Assembly (NCBI RefSeq): GCF_964188315.1 | Contig: NC_135661.1 | Location: 47,864,001 to 47,928,000, forward strand | Direction: 5' to 3' | Origin: Podarcis muralis | Taxonomy: Eukaryota | Length of the DNA stretch: 64,000 nucleotides | Shown here: positions 36,716-49,596 of the stretch, one piece after another | Layout: each line of letters opens with the position of its first letter | Numbering within the stretch: the first letter of the stretch is position 1 | Translations under genes and position numbers: made by a program | The notes under the pieces: model-generated | Database searches by the model: none | What the model was told of the DNA's origin: nothing | The model's input: the letters and a program-made list of their open reading frames with translations, nothing else

Positions 36716-38879
36716 CTGTCCCAGGTTTTCCTAGATCATAGTGTATTTTGTCCAGGAGCAGATGGCTGCAAGACTGGTTGAACACAGGTCAGACTATCAA
36801 GGAACAAATAAAACTGGACTATTTGACCATCTTATGCTTAAACCCATACTGAGCTCCATAGTGGTGACTTTCCAAGATTTCAGGTATTCAAAAGTTCTGC
36901 CTTATACAAAATCAGACCATTGATCCATCTACTCTAGTATTGTCTACAATGACTGACAGTGGCTATCCAGGATTGCAGACAGGAGTCTCACTCAGTCTTC
37001 TTTACTGGGAAAGCTTTACTACCAAGCAGTTTACATCTATTAAAATAGACATTGAGGTGGGAGGGCTTGCTACTGGATTTGAGGCCTCCTTTCTTCCAAT
37101 CAGTTTCTCACTTTGAACACATTATAGAATATTGTGTGCTAGTACTGGGGATCAGAACAAATTCTCTGAGAATTTTTGTAGTATTATCTACCTTGTCTTT
37201 CCTCATATCTGTTCAGACATCTTCCCTCCCACACTGCACCCTCCATGCTTAGAAATAATGCGTGAAATGGGACAGGAGAAGCTACACAAGCCACATGGGC
37301 TAGCCCTATGCATCTGGTTATTGTGCTGGCTGCCCCACACCCCAATGTCCTCACATTTTATATACATACATCAGAAGGAGTTCTATGTGCATACCTCTCA
37401 TGACATTGGTGTAATATTCCTCACCTTCAGACACTGAGGGGAAGGACTGAGGAGCAGAAGGGGAAGAGTGTGCAGGACCAACCCCAGAAGCTCTTCCAAG
37501 TGAAACTGTGAGGAGAGTTTCTCTGTCCCACAGCCTGAGGATATGGCATTGCCATTCTCTGACTCAGAAGTCTCCACTGCAATCATTTATATTGCTTTCA
37601 TTGCCAGTTCCAGATTTTGGGCAACCTTTGGGCAAGATGGCCTTACCAAGGCTGAAAAGGGCCCAACTTTTAAAGTAATCTCCTACTGCAATGGAGTGGA
37701 GGATCACCCCAGGGCAAGCCCAACACTTCTTGCTGCCTAAAACAAATAATAAAATTTGGTCACCTTTCCATTCCAGGTTCAAACTCGCAGCTGAAACCTA
37801 CTTCAGTCCTGGTGATGGAACAGAATCCTCCACCATAGGCAAGGAGAACGTAGGTTTAAGTTGCCAAGGACCAACTGTGTAGCACATTTGCTTAATAGTA
37901 GGACTGGCCCTGGATCATCCAGTTTTTTCTGGTTTTCTGCAGTGGAGTTCTCAGTAAGAGGATGGCAATGTCACATCACTGGACATGCTAGAGCTCAAAT
38001 AAAACTTTCCACTCCAGCAAGGCTAAGCTGTGGGGAAAAGTTTGTATGTGCTCTTTCCCAGGAGAAACCCAACTCAGAATGGAGCTAGGCCAGTCTGTAA
38101 GGTTCTTCCATAAGAGGCTGCAGGTATGCAGCTAACCACAGAGGGCATCAGTGAGCAGTTCCTGACAGGCAGGGATAGACCACTGAGTGATCAACACCCA
38201 AAATACCTTACATTTTGCTTTGTCATAAACTAACTTTTGTGCTTCCATTAAAAAGAGAAAGAGGTTTGCATGAACACTACAAAACAATTGTATCCAATAC
38301 TGTAGGGTGGTATATTATTAAGTATAAAGATAATAATTAAGGAGGATTTTTCTTTTGTAATTATCCTTTGGGGTCAGTTATGCCATCGTTGGAAGCAACC
38401 TCCTCTTCAGAAGTGAAGATAAAACTAAGCAAAACAGAGATTGTTAACAATTTTATTGTCAGGAATGTAAGCACCAAAGGAACAGGATGTTCTGCTTTAT
38501 TTACAGTTATAGCTACTTTAACTTGATACACTGACCTGAGGGGGAAAGAAAAAATAGCGAAAAAAGCAAGTATTACTGTATGAATGTATATTATGCAGGG
38601 ACAAGACTCTGCTTCTCAGCATGAGAATGGAAGCAAAAGAGTCAGAACAAAAACGATCAAATCTTGGCTTGCTGGAACGTTACAGTCTTGGGGGTAGTTC
38701 AGATTACTAAAGCAGAGAACGAGAGAAACTTGCTGTGCTATACAAGGAACATCATAAAAACATTGGGGAGTTACTGCAAAATGTGCTGCAATACATCTGC
38801 TCATTGAGCAAGCAAAGAACAAACAAGCAAGAGGCAAATCTCATGTGGACAGTTTTCTTTGATGTATTTTGGAATGTGG

Positions 38880-39150
38880 GGAAAGATGGAAGGGACTGTA
38901 GCTACAGGACAGAAGGTTCCAGGCTCAATCCCCAGCATCTTCAGATAGGGCTTGGAATGGCCTGTTTCTGTCACCCTGGAGAGCCCCTGCCACTCAAAGG
39001 TAGACAATACTGAGTTTAGGAATGGGGTATAAATTAAATGTTGGTTACCCTGAACTAATTCACACTTCTCATACAGATTTGCAAACTTATGTAATTGAGC
39101 TAGATAGATCAACAATTTGATTCAGTAAAAGGCAGCTTCCTATGATCTCC
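38880..39150 (+). mobile_element. Squam2-like SINE with ~75-bp internal insertion
   Basis: Head ...cagaaggttccaggctcaatccc, body ccctggagagcc...gtagacaatactgag, unrelated AT-rich insert at ~39020-39095, then tail aaggcagcttcctatg. Confidence 0.65.
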
Positions 39151-41409
39151 TAGGAAGAAAGAGGAAGGACCCAGTTTTTCTGCATGTGGATGGCTCTGTC
39201 AATTACAAGTTTACCTCTGTGGCTCAATGTAGTCAAGGAAGTAAATATGGAAAGAGAAGGGGATTCATTCACAAACAGCAGAATGAGGTAGTAGAATGAG
39301 GTAGTATCACACTATGGAGCACACAATGTGTTTTTAAATGTTTCTCCAGGTTAAGGGAAATTCTCCCACTAAAGGTAAAAACAAAATAATTTCAACTGTA
39401 TGTGGCTCAAAGCAGGAAGCAACATGCATTTTAAAAATGTGTATTTTGAGAGAAATATTTATATTCTATATTTATTTAATAATAAATAATATTTATTTAA
39501 TACAATTTCTTTCCTTTCCTTCAAAATAACACCCCAGGGTGACTTCCAACAATAGAATATACAGTTATAAATCAGGATAGAAATGTAATCAACAAATAAA
39601 ACATGAAAAAGTTGTATATAAAACTTCAGAGTGATATTTGGGGACTCAGTCTTTCATTTCAAAGTTATTTTGTACTGAGTTTGTCTCTTTTTTACTTCAG
39701 TGGGGGGAATAGGGATGAAACTAGTTTAAGCTATTCTGAAAAAAAATAGAAGTGATGTTGTATAAATTACTTCTTTTCCAATTAAATTGAACGCACCTGG
39801 AACTGAGGATATTGCTGTACATGGACAGCTATCAAAATGGAGCAAGCACCTGAGAACTAGAAGGCATGAATTGAGCCAGCAGGTCAGAGTTGAAGGATAT
39901 AGGCTGGAGTCAGATCTGAAGAACACACTGAAGCACATCACAGCCAAGAAGAATATTATTACTCGGGCAAAGTCTCAGAGTAACTGAGAAGTGGGATGGA
40001 GGACAATCTTCTATTTGAAGGCTGTTTTCAGACCAAGTCAAGTTTAATGACATAAAGATAGTGCTTTTTTTCTGGGGGCCTTGAAATTGTCCAACAGTGA
40101 GCACCTGAACAGTAGCATGAGCAAGCAAATGGGTAATATTGTCACTGTGTTCCCCACTATGGTGATATGAATTCTATTTCTATTTAAATTATAGCAAAAA
40201 ATTTTCTATTTTTGCACCCATACATACAAATTAGCATGTGCAGATCTGTGTCCTCTATTTAGGAAATGCATTTTGTCTTTTTCAAGAGTTGTATCCAACT
40301 TAATTCTAATCATAGTAAACCCATTGAAATTAATGAGCCTAAGTCATATTCATTAGTTTCACATGGTCTACTCAGTAGCACTTGGTTTGGTACACATCTA
40401 AGTGTCTGTGTTGTGTTTCCTGGTCCTAACAATATTCTGAGGGTCACTGTGTTTGGAAAAGGAACAAATCTTCACATTTGTTCTCAAAAATCTAAATTAG
40501 GTCTGTCTCATAATATATAGCACCTAAAGCGGATCCAAAGTGGAAAATTCAGCAGACTTTGCTGTGTCCCTCCATTTATGAGCACTATATTACTGTTTAT
40601 TATTCAAAATTATTTTAGTATGGCTTGGAAGTGGAACCCCCTAATACTTCAGCAAAATGTCCAAAAGGAAGAGGCAAAGGGGTCAAGAGATGAGAAGCTT
40701 TGGAAAAATATAAAATCCATGCAGTTTTCTGAGCCAGATGCAAACATAAACAGAAAACTAAATACAACAGCAATTAAGCAACATAGTTTGAGCTATAGAG
40801 TTTGTAGTGGCCAGCAGCCTTGACCTGGACTTCCAATGGTGCTTGATTCAAATGGGGGGTCAGAATTATAGTTATTAACCCTTCTTCAGATCTAGCAAAG
40901 GATAAAAGAGAAGCACTCTGCTTGAACTAGGCGATCAAATGGGAGATCCTTTGTGGAGTTTAGCTGAGTTCAGTCATTTCAATTTCACTACTAAGTCTTC
41001 TTGAACACTGAAATCTAGAACAAACTTCTTATTAGCATGATGATATTAAAGAGTGTGGCTTTACACAACTCAGTTGCCTTGTGCATATGCAGAAAAGTTA
41101 GTCAAGTAATATTATTATTTGCAAATGCATTCCCCCTATTTCTTTGTGAAGGAAGCTGGAATTTAAAAGAGGGAGCTTACTTGAACTAATTTAGGACTTT
41201 GTCTTACAGTGTGCATGCATGCTGTGGAGGATATCTTGAGTGGTGAAGCCCATTCAAATGGAATGGATGGATGAAGGATTTACATTGGTCGAACAGCATT
41301 GACAGAATTTAAGATCTTACCAACATTACTGAAGTGCTTTCTTGGTTGCAACTGAAAACCAAGCATTGTTAAGGAGAAACAGAATTAAATGGATTCTCAC
41401 AATGTAATC

Positions 41410-41546
41410 TAGGCTTCCTCAAACTCAGCCCTCCAGATGCTTTCAGCCTACAACTCCCATGATCCCTAGCTAAGCAGGACCAGTGGTCATGGATGATGGG
41501 AACTGTAGTCTTAAAACATCTGGAGGGCCGAGTTTGAGCAAGCCTG
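41410..41546. mobile_element. Palindromic hAT MITE, ~137 bp
   Basis: Long inverted arms; 8-bp TSD ATGTAATC (41402-41409) / ATATAATC (41547-41554); inverted relative to the copy at 61639. Older relatives at ~7580-7655, 15205-15310, 42665-42790 and 48760-48825. Confidence 0.9.
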
Positions 41547-41764
41547 ATATAATCTGTCCTGGCCGGGTCTGATACTGCTGTTTTAACAATGTTCATGAAT
41601 CTATGCAGATTTAGCAAATGTGTTTATCTGGCTGTCAACGTCAGTGAAATTTAATTTGCCAGTGGGATGGGCTTTGTTTAGATGGGTAAAAATTTAAGCA
41701 GGTTGCCAGAAGCACCCTTAGCTGGACCAAATTGACCTTTCCTCAGACATTCATACCTTGCTTA

Positions 41765-42070
41765 CATCCAAACTAGACTACTACAATACACTCTCTGTAG
41801 GGTTGCCTTTGAAAACAGTTCAGACATTTCGGCTGGTGTGGAATGCAGCTGCCTGATTACTTGCAAGGTCAAGAGATAAGACCTGATTCTGTACAAGTTA
41901 CACTGGTACTAATAATTACTTTTACTGCAATGGTACAGCTCAATAAGTGCTGATCATTATGTCTAAACCCCTAAAAGTTTTGTGCCCATTTGCCATCTCA
42001 CACAGAGCCCCTTTATTTGTTCTCCTTAATGGCCCATCACCCAGGCAATTGCCCCACCAGGAAGTTGCTG
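41765..42070 (+). mobile_element. Old L2 ORF2 3' fragment
   Basis: aaactagactactacaatacactctctgtagggttgcctttgaaaacagttcag...gaatgcagctgcc is a degenerate LDYCNALYVGLP...NAAA. Confidence 0.7.
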
Positions 42071-43569
42071 GATCTAGAGGTTAGAGGCAGCTCAGCATAC
42101 AGCCTACACCCCCCAACTCATATATGAAATAATATGCAGACAAAGATTGCTGGTAAAATCCAGCAGTTTGCTTCAAAACCTAAATACAGCAAAACAATTT
42201 CCCAATGGTTAATGGCATTGTTGACAAAGTTGCCATCTTCATTTGACAATGAGACTTGTTGCATACACAACTGAAAGTGGCAATTGGTATATTTATAATC
42301 CATTCACTTCTCAGCTTCTGCCTTCTTTCACATATTGTGGCAATATTTTATCTTATTTTTGCTTTGTCTGAATGGCATTATTTTTTTTTACTCCCACAAT
42401 GTACATTTCTTTTCTTCCCTCCATTTTGATCAGAGGACTGGGGAGGGGGTGGTCAGAGATAAATGTGGGAAGCTAGGCAATTTCACAAGAAATTTGATAC
42501 AGACAGCAATTCAGCAGACTCATTATCACAGCATGGGGAAAAGAGAGCAAACTAAAGTGATGCCTGCATGTCTTTGATAAACATTCTTTAACTATTTTAA
42601 GTGTGTATCACATTGGTCTATATACCCCACTGTGTACTAGACGTTTAGGACAGCCTAAATATCTGGCGTGGGCAGCCTGTGGCCCTTCAGATGCCACTGG
42701 ACTACAACTCCCATAAACCTTCAGTTTTGGGCATACTAGTTAGGGTTGATGGGATTCGGAGTCAAACATCTGGAAGGCCCACTTTGTATGGTTAATTGGG
42801 AAGTTGTAGTATCGTGTGTATAAGCAGGGTGCACACAGAGGAACTTTACCATTTACTGGGTGCATACAGCAGCAAATACACAGGAATTGCCAGAAGAGAA
42901 AAATCAGTTCAGTAGTCCCAAATCCATAGCAGCTCTGCAAATTCTAGTTTCTTTTCAGCTCCTCTACACATTGCACATAATTTGATCACAGGGTGTTATG
43001 GTAGAATTTTGGACAAAGCTCCCTCACACTGCAGGCAAAGGATAATATTTTCATGTCTCTTTTTTTAAGGTAGTAAATATGGCAGAAGCAACTCTCTTGG
43101 TGGGCTGGAGTTGCTACACTAGCATTGCAGCAGGTGGGTTGCTTGCCAGGAGAAAAAGTGTTGCTTACCATGAGGGAGAGTGGGAAGACAGCAGAGAACT
43201 CAGTACAATTCAAGCACAGCAGCAGTGCACCTCAATCCCAACTTGGCATGTACATCGGGGTGAATGCCAAATCAATGAAGTTATGGTTCTCTGGACAAGT
43301 TACATACCAGGGCTCTCACTGCAAGGGATAACTTCTTCCAGTCCTTCATTGTGGTACCACAGGAGGAGATTGTAGATCTATTCAAAAGTGGTGAGTCAGT
43401 TGATCCCTGCTGCCTCAGGGAACTTCTCTGCTCAGACCGTTTTGGTGTTTTGGCTGATCTAATTGGTTTATATTTGTAGGTCCTCCAAGATGCCAGTCAC
43501 ATTTTGAACAGAATATAAAATCTTCACATTATGTTTACTGAGTGTTCTTTATGGGTGTGATGGAAATAG

Positions 43570-43794
43570 TTATTTCCAAAAATGCTTATTCTCGGAGAAT
43601 TTGCATACAATAATGTGATATACAGGTATATATATATATATATCATTATACACACATACACACACACGTACATGTATATGTGTATGCATGCATGTAGGCT
43701 TTTTAAATAAACAAATAATATGCATATGAACTGGGCTTAAGTTTGAAAAAAATAAAATGAGAGAGCGACAGATTGACATATTTGTCCATCTCTA
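43570..43794 (-). repeat. Old AT-rich dispersed repeat containing a (TA)/(CA) microsatellite
   Basis: Ends ccatctcta (43786-43794) like the 16937 copy; largely alternating purine-pyrimidine tract at ~43627-43695. Confidence 0.45.
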
Positions 43795-44811
43795 ATTTTA
43801 AGCCATGCATCCTGGGCATTCAGGTGTGGCATCATGAATCACAGCTTGTGTGACTTCAGGTAAAGCCTGCTGAGAGAAATGGGGTGTTCAGCAGTTGCAC
43901 CTGGTATACATTCAACAGCAGCACAGTTGTTTTGATTCTTTGTTGTTTCCCACACACTTTCCCCAAGAGGAAGCAAAGCATCATATTGATTAGTTCACAG
44001 AATAGTGCTTCCAACAGAGCTGTGGTTGTGTTTTTCCTCTCACTTTCTTTTTCCTCACTTCCCTTAAATGTGCTTGGGCTTAGTATACAGAAATTGATGC
44101 AGTCTTCCCTGTACCTTTATCATCACCATCATTATTATTACTATTGCAATGGTACAAAACATATATTGTCCATCATAATTGGCCCTCTGCAAGGAATCTT
44201 TGTTTCCTGTAAATTTGGTCCCACATGACCTTTACATGGTTCCATTCTCCACCCTTCTCAAGGAAAAAAAAACCCTCTTTCTTTCCCTGGAAGGGTCCTT
44301 TCTAAAGAGCCGAGAGAAACCATCCCCCCTTTAAATCAGACACCCTGTTAGAAATGGTGAACTGTTATTTTTCTCTGCCCCTTCTCCTTTAACTTATCCT
44401 GACTAATAGCACTGAAACATGAGCATTCAATACCCCCTAAGGTGAGACCACCTACTCATCTAATTTTAGACTTTTGGGGAACAATGGGTTGTAAACTGTC
44501 ATTGATCATTCAGCAGTTTTACCACTGCTCCTGCTGCTCCCATGTCCCTGTATTTTCTTTAACTCTTGCTTCTTTTATTGTTCATTTTGTATTCTGCAGG
44601 TTTTGCACAGATGGAAAGAGAGAGAGAAAAAGTGTTGGATGGTAATCACAGCAGCCTATAAATTAGGTGATATACACTTAGGACATTATGCCTTGCACAA
44701 ACACCTCTGGTCAGAACATCATTTGCTGCTTCTCTTTCTCTAGGGAAGTTCCTGACAGTTCAGATGGTGAAGACTGGAAGGGCTCCTCTAAGTATTTCAG
44801 ATTTCCACAGC

Positions 44812-45010
44812 CCAGTCCTATCAGTCGTAATGTCACTAATGTTCATAGCCTTATCCATGAATTCGTCTAATCTTCTTTTAAACCATTCAAGTTGGTGGCC
44901 ATCACTATATCATATTGAAAAGAATTTCACAGTTTTAAAATTGTGCTGTGTAAAGAACTACTTTCTTTGGTTTCTCTTGAGTCTTTGACTTCATTGAACG
45001 TCCCTGAGAT
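44812..45010 (-). mobile_element. Old CR1 fragment
   Basis: Reverse complement matches 33780-33870 (tagccttatccatgaatt..tctaatc; aagttggtggccatcac). Confidence 0.7.
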
Positions 45011-45602
45011 ATAATATTATGAAAGTGAGACCCTCGAATCCAGCACCAACCAAGATACTGACTGCAGAGTCACTGGCTAAGGAAACAGACTGGGTTCTTG
45101 CCACTGAATTCAAGGCCAATGGGCAGGAGCCACCTGGACCATATCTCACAGTGTTTGGGTCTATAGAACAAGAGCTGTGAGCCTCATGAGAGCATTGCCC
45201 TGGGCACTGAGTCCCTTCCAACCTACCTCTGCAGTTCAATGGTGCATGAAGGACACTAGGTGAGTGGCCAAGAGTCATGGGAGAAATGTCTCTCTGTAAG
45301 TCCAATGCCCCTTGAAGGAATGTAGGTATTACAAAGTGGGTGGAACCTAAAAAGCTGATCTGGAAAGAGTGGCTCAAAAGGCACCAATCAATTTGTAGCC
45401 CTTTTTAAAGTTAAATTGTTCACTAAGTCTCCATGATCTTGAAATTCCTCCAATGCTTTGTGGGCTCCTTGCCAAACAAACGAGATCAGGACAAAAAATC
45501 TCAATGCATGAGTAAAAACTAGCCCCTAAAGCAGGTAGAAACATCTCTCTGAACCAAGGAGCTCTGAGAGACAGGATACCACCACAGAGGAGTTCCTTTC
45601 TT

Positions 45603-45603
<1 letters not shown>

Positions 45604-45649
<46 letters not shown>

Positions 45650-46515
45650 TTTATTTATACCCCGCCCTCCCCAGCCAAGGCCGGGCTCAGAGCGGCTTAC
45701 AAGCAGTAATAAAAACAAGATGAATGATTACAACTTAAAAACAAAAATAAAATGCAACATTAAAATAATGGAACATTAAAATATTAAAATGTAGCCTCAT
45801 CGCAGGAGGAGAAGGAAAAGAAAAAAAGAGAGGGAGGGAGGGAATCAAATTGGCTCCAAGCCAAAGGCCAGGCAGAACAACTCTGTCTTACAGGCCCTGT
45901 GGAAAGAAATCAGATCCTGCAGGGCCCTGGTCTCATGAGGCAGAGCGTTCCACCAGGCCGGAGCCAGAGTTGAAAAGGCCCTGGCTCTGGTTGAAGCCAA
46001 TCTAACTTCCTTAGGGCCTGGGACCACTAGGGTGTTGTTATTTATGGACCTTGAGGCTCTCCGTGGGGCATACCAGGAGAGGCGGTCCCGTAGGTACCAG
46101 GGTCCTAGGCCGTGAAGGGCTTTAAAGGTCAAAAGCAGCACCTTAAATCTGACCCTGTACTCCACCGGGAGCCAGTGCAGCTTGAAAAGCACTGGGTGAA
46201 TATGCTCCCATGGCAAAGACCCCGTGAGGAGCCTCGCTGCAGCATTCTGTACCCGCTGGAGTTTCTGGGACAGCTTCAAGGGCAGCCCCACGTAGAGCGA
46301 ATTACAGTAGTCAAGCCTGGAGATGACAGTCGCATGGATCACTGTGGCCAAGTCGTGGCGGGAAAGGTAAGGGACCAACTGCTTGATGCGGTGAAGGTGG
46401 AAAAATGTTGCCTTGGCTGTTGCTGTAACTTGCGCCTCCATGGAAAGGGAGGCGTCAAGGATTACACCCAAACTCTTAACGGAAGGCAATGGCACAATTG
46501 TACCATTGCACCATC
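45604..46515 (-). mobile_element. Young 5'-truncated L2 LINE with (AAT)n tail
   Basis: Uninterrupted 216-codon minus-strand frame 45845-46495 (VKSLGVILDASLSMEAQV...SRLDYCNSLYVGLP...LHWLPVEYRVRFK...RAFSTLAPAWWNALP) is the L2 ORF2 C-terminus; (AAT)~15 tail at 45604-45648. Confidence 0.97.
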
Positions 46516-48227
46516 CACTTCCTCTGGTAGTGGGACAAAAGGAAGTATTTTACCAAACTTAAAGCATGAGCACTGCAACAGAGAAAATTGTGTTTTCTTG
46601 TTTTGGCCACAATTTATTCAGAATTTTCTATGTACCCTGAATTGGTCTCAGAAGCATATGAGCTTGCAGGGACAGAGCTGCTTGCAGAGCTGAGGCAAGG
46701 GGAAGCTTCTTTCCCAGATGTTGTCTGTGCTTGTCCATGAAGCCATGCTGTCTCATGTGAGAGCCAGAGAGCCAGGGTGGCTTCTACAGCTGAAGGAGGG
46801 GAAGCAGCGGTTGCTGCTGCTTTACCCCACATGTCAGCTGTTAGGCAGTAGGCCTCAGCAAAGCCCTGTTGCACCCCTGGCTTGTGAGGAGACTTTCCCC
46901 ATAGCATGGAAAGGACATCCTTGTGAGACAGAACTCTCTAGGGTGCTCCTTATTTCTGGAATCCACTTCCAGGTTCCCAACACTGCACATGTATTTGCAA
47001 GCAAATCCAGCATGTGTAAATGGGGAATTGCCTGTAATCCGATTGGGAGGTTACCAGAACATGAATCAATGTGACAAGGCTCTATCTCTCCAGGGACAGA
47101 CATCATAGCTGGATCCTAGATTACTCACAGGGAGCTTTATGGGGATAAAGAACGTATCAAACATTAGACCCTTATTTTCCAGATCTTCTTATCTCTTGAA
47201 GTATGTATGCATTTCAAAATCTGTCCATGCCACACAGCAGCCATCCCTAACCTGTTGCTTCTGACTGTAACTCTTATCAGCCCTAGGAAGTGCAGACATT
47301 CTATGTTGCTTTCCATCATTGCCCCACCTACTTACAAACTTGGTCCAGGTGGGTGGGAAAGATAAGGATCTGGAAAGATTAAGTCCCCTACCCCTGTCCT
47401 AGAGTAGAGTCTCCACTTCCACTCCACTTTCCACTTCCAAATCAGTCAGTGGCCCAATGGCTGCCATCAATGATGCCATTTCAGAATACCCAAGGCCACA
47501 GTTGAGCCAAGTGGGCTCAACATCAGAAGTGGGGTCTAAAGTAAATTGGGTGCTGGATAAACTCTCAGAACCTGACAGTGGAGATGGAAACTGCAGATAG
47601 AATCAATGAGGATTCTACAACAACACTTCGGAGACAGAGCAGAATTCTGACACAGTGTTTGCAAGCTTCCACGCTGCTTTCTGAAGCTCATAAAGAGAGT
47701 TTGCAAGGATGCTAAATGAGATTCAAGAGCGGCAACAGATGTTCACCTTAATGTCATTGGGATGTTCTTCAGTGCCAACATTTGCCACTGCATTGTGCCA
47801 AGCTTTTATTACCATCTAACGAGATTGGACAAATTAGCCTGAAGAATATTTACAATAGAAGTGGATGAAATTGGGGAGTAAGAGATGGGAAATTATTTTA
47901 TAGAAAAATGATGGGTCACCCATTCCTTTGATAATTGCAGCTGAGGCAGGAAAGAGAAAGGTAACTGTTTTCTTGCTTTTACAAAGTTGACCTCTGAGCA
48001 ACATGAAGAAAAATGTACTTGTCTAATTTTTCCTTTCCCCTGAAGTTCAAGGCCACCCACCCAGCAAAGCAATGCTGAAATTGTCAGAATGCTTACTCTT
48101 ACATTAAGACCCACTGAACCCATTGAGACATCAGGATCAATCAGAACTCCATTGCTTTTAATGAGACTTAATTCTCAGCAAACTTACTAGAAGGGACAGA
48201 CAGACAGACACACACACCCTCTTGACC

Positions 48228-48330
48228 TTAGCTCAGTGGTAGAGCACATGATTTGCAAGCAAAAGGTTCCTGGTCCAATCCCTGGCAACTCCAGGTAGAG
48301 ATGGGAAAGACTCTTCTCTGAAACTCTAGA
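48228..48330 (+). mobile_element. Squam2-like SINE 5' fragment
   Basis: tagctcagtggtagagcacatgatttgcaagcaaaaggttcctggtccaatccctggcaactccaggtag followed by the family body. Confidence 0.7.
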
Positions 48331-49596
48331 ATCATGAATGGTATAGTAGTCAGTGGTCTCTGGTCCTGTAGCTATATACTGTGCCCAGGATCAGAGGCAA
48401 CATGCCTTTGAATACTAATTGCTGGTAATAACAGTGGAAATAGGGTGGTGCCCTCATTTCCTGCTTGAGAGCTTTCCAGACTGTAGGGATGTCACACCCA
48501 CACAATTCAGGGATGTCATCAAATTCTTAATTGGCAGGCCCCAGGTACCCAGTAAAGTACAAGTCTTTTGGAATTGAAGCGAAACTTCAACAGGCCCTAT
48601 TGTTCAATGGATGGTTTCACAGCTTCATAGGTCTTTGAGATGCTGCAAAAAATCCTCCTGTAGCTTCTCAGAAAGCTTCTAATCTAGCATGGCTCCTTAG
48701 TTTAAAGCAGATTCTCTAGTTGCTCTGGAAATGTTGCATCTGTCATTCTGACTATAGGCCATGCTGGCTGGGGTTGATGAAAGTTGTAGTCCAGAACAGC
48801 TAGAGGGCATCAGGTGGCTAAAGGAAAGACTGATCTGACATCAGACCACCCTTCCGGACTTAATCATCTGCTAGCCTCCCAGACTACCAGTTCTGCAATG
48901 GTATACACAGGGGGGGGGGGTTCTATTTTAAACAACATGTGTATATCTCCTGTGCTATAAATAGTTTTTAAAAATTAAGAATAAAAATATGACATGGACC
49001 ATTTGTTGTTTTGACTGTAATATGGCAAATTTAATCAGTCAGTGTCAATTACATTGTGGCAGGATTGTGACTTCAACAGTAATTTACGAACTTTAATTAA
49101 ACTGATTTCCAGCTAATTTTTGGACAATATCCCTCCAATTACAGAGGGCATCTGTTATAATGAGAGCTATTTGCTTTAAAGACTAGGTGCATGTACAATT
49201 AGGCTTGCATTATGTTTCAGTGTGTTTGGGAGAGCGCTGATGGCCACGCTGTGTTACAAGGCATAGACAATTGTGATAATGAAGCACAAGAGTGCTGGGA
49301 AGAGGAAATAAATAAATAACCTGTACATTAAGGAAGCATTAAAGCCTATTATCTTCACTAACCAACTGCATCTTTTTTTAAGCCCCAAAATGAGAACCTG
49401 GCAAGTATAACCCCAGAAAAAGGTTTGCTTAATGTTTGTGGCCAGATTGCAAAAACAAAACACCTATTTTCACATCTAATCTGATGTGATCTAATAGGTG
49501 CAAGCTTTTCTTTAAAAATATAGCTTCTCTTAAATAAGTGAAGAACACTGTTCAGTGGTAGGTATTATGCAGAAGTTTGCAGAAATACTCACAGGA

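Noticed and set aside
38096-38167. 72-bp TG...CA segment ending GTTCCTGACA, resembling the LTR 3' ends
   Set aside because: It is too short, has no TSD and shows no internal LTR signals.
39284-39294. TGAGGTAGTAG, identical to the first 11 nt of let-7
   Set aside because: The match stops at 11 nt, there is no complementary arm, and it arises from a 13-bp tandem duplication (39280-39305).
45374-45718. ORF with a poly-isoleucine run
   Set aside because: It is the translation of the (AAT)n tail of the L2 element.
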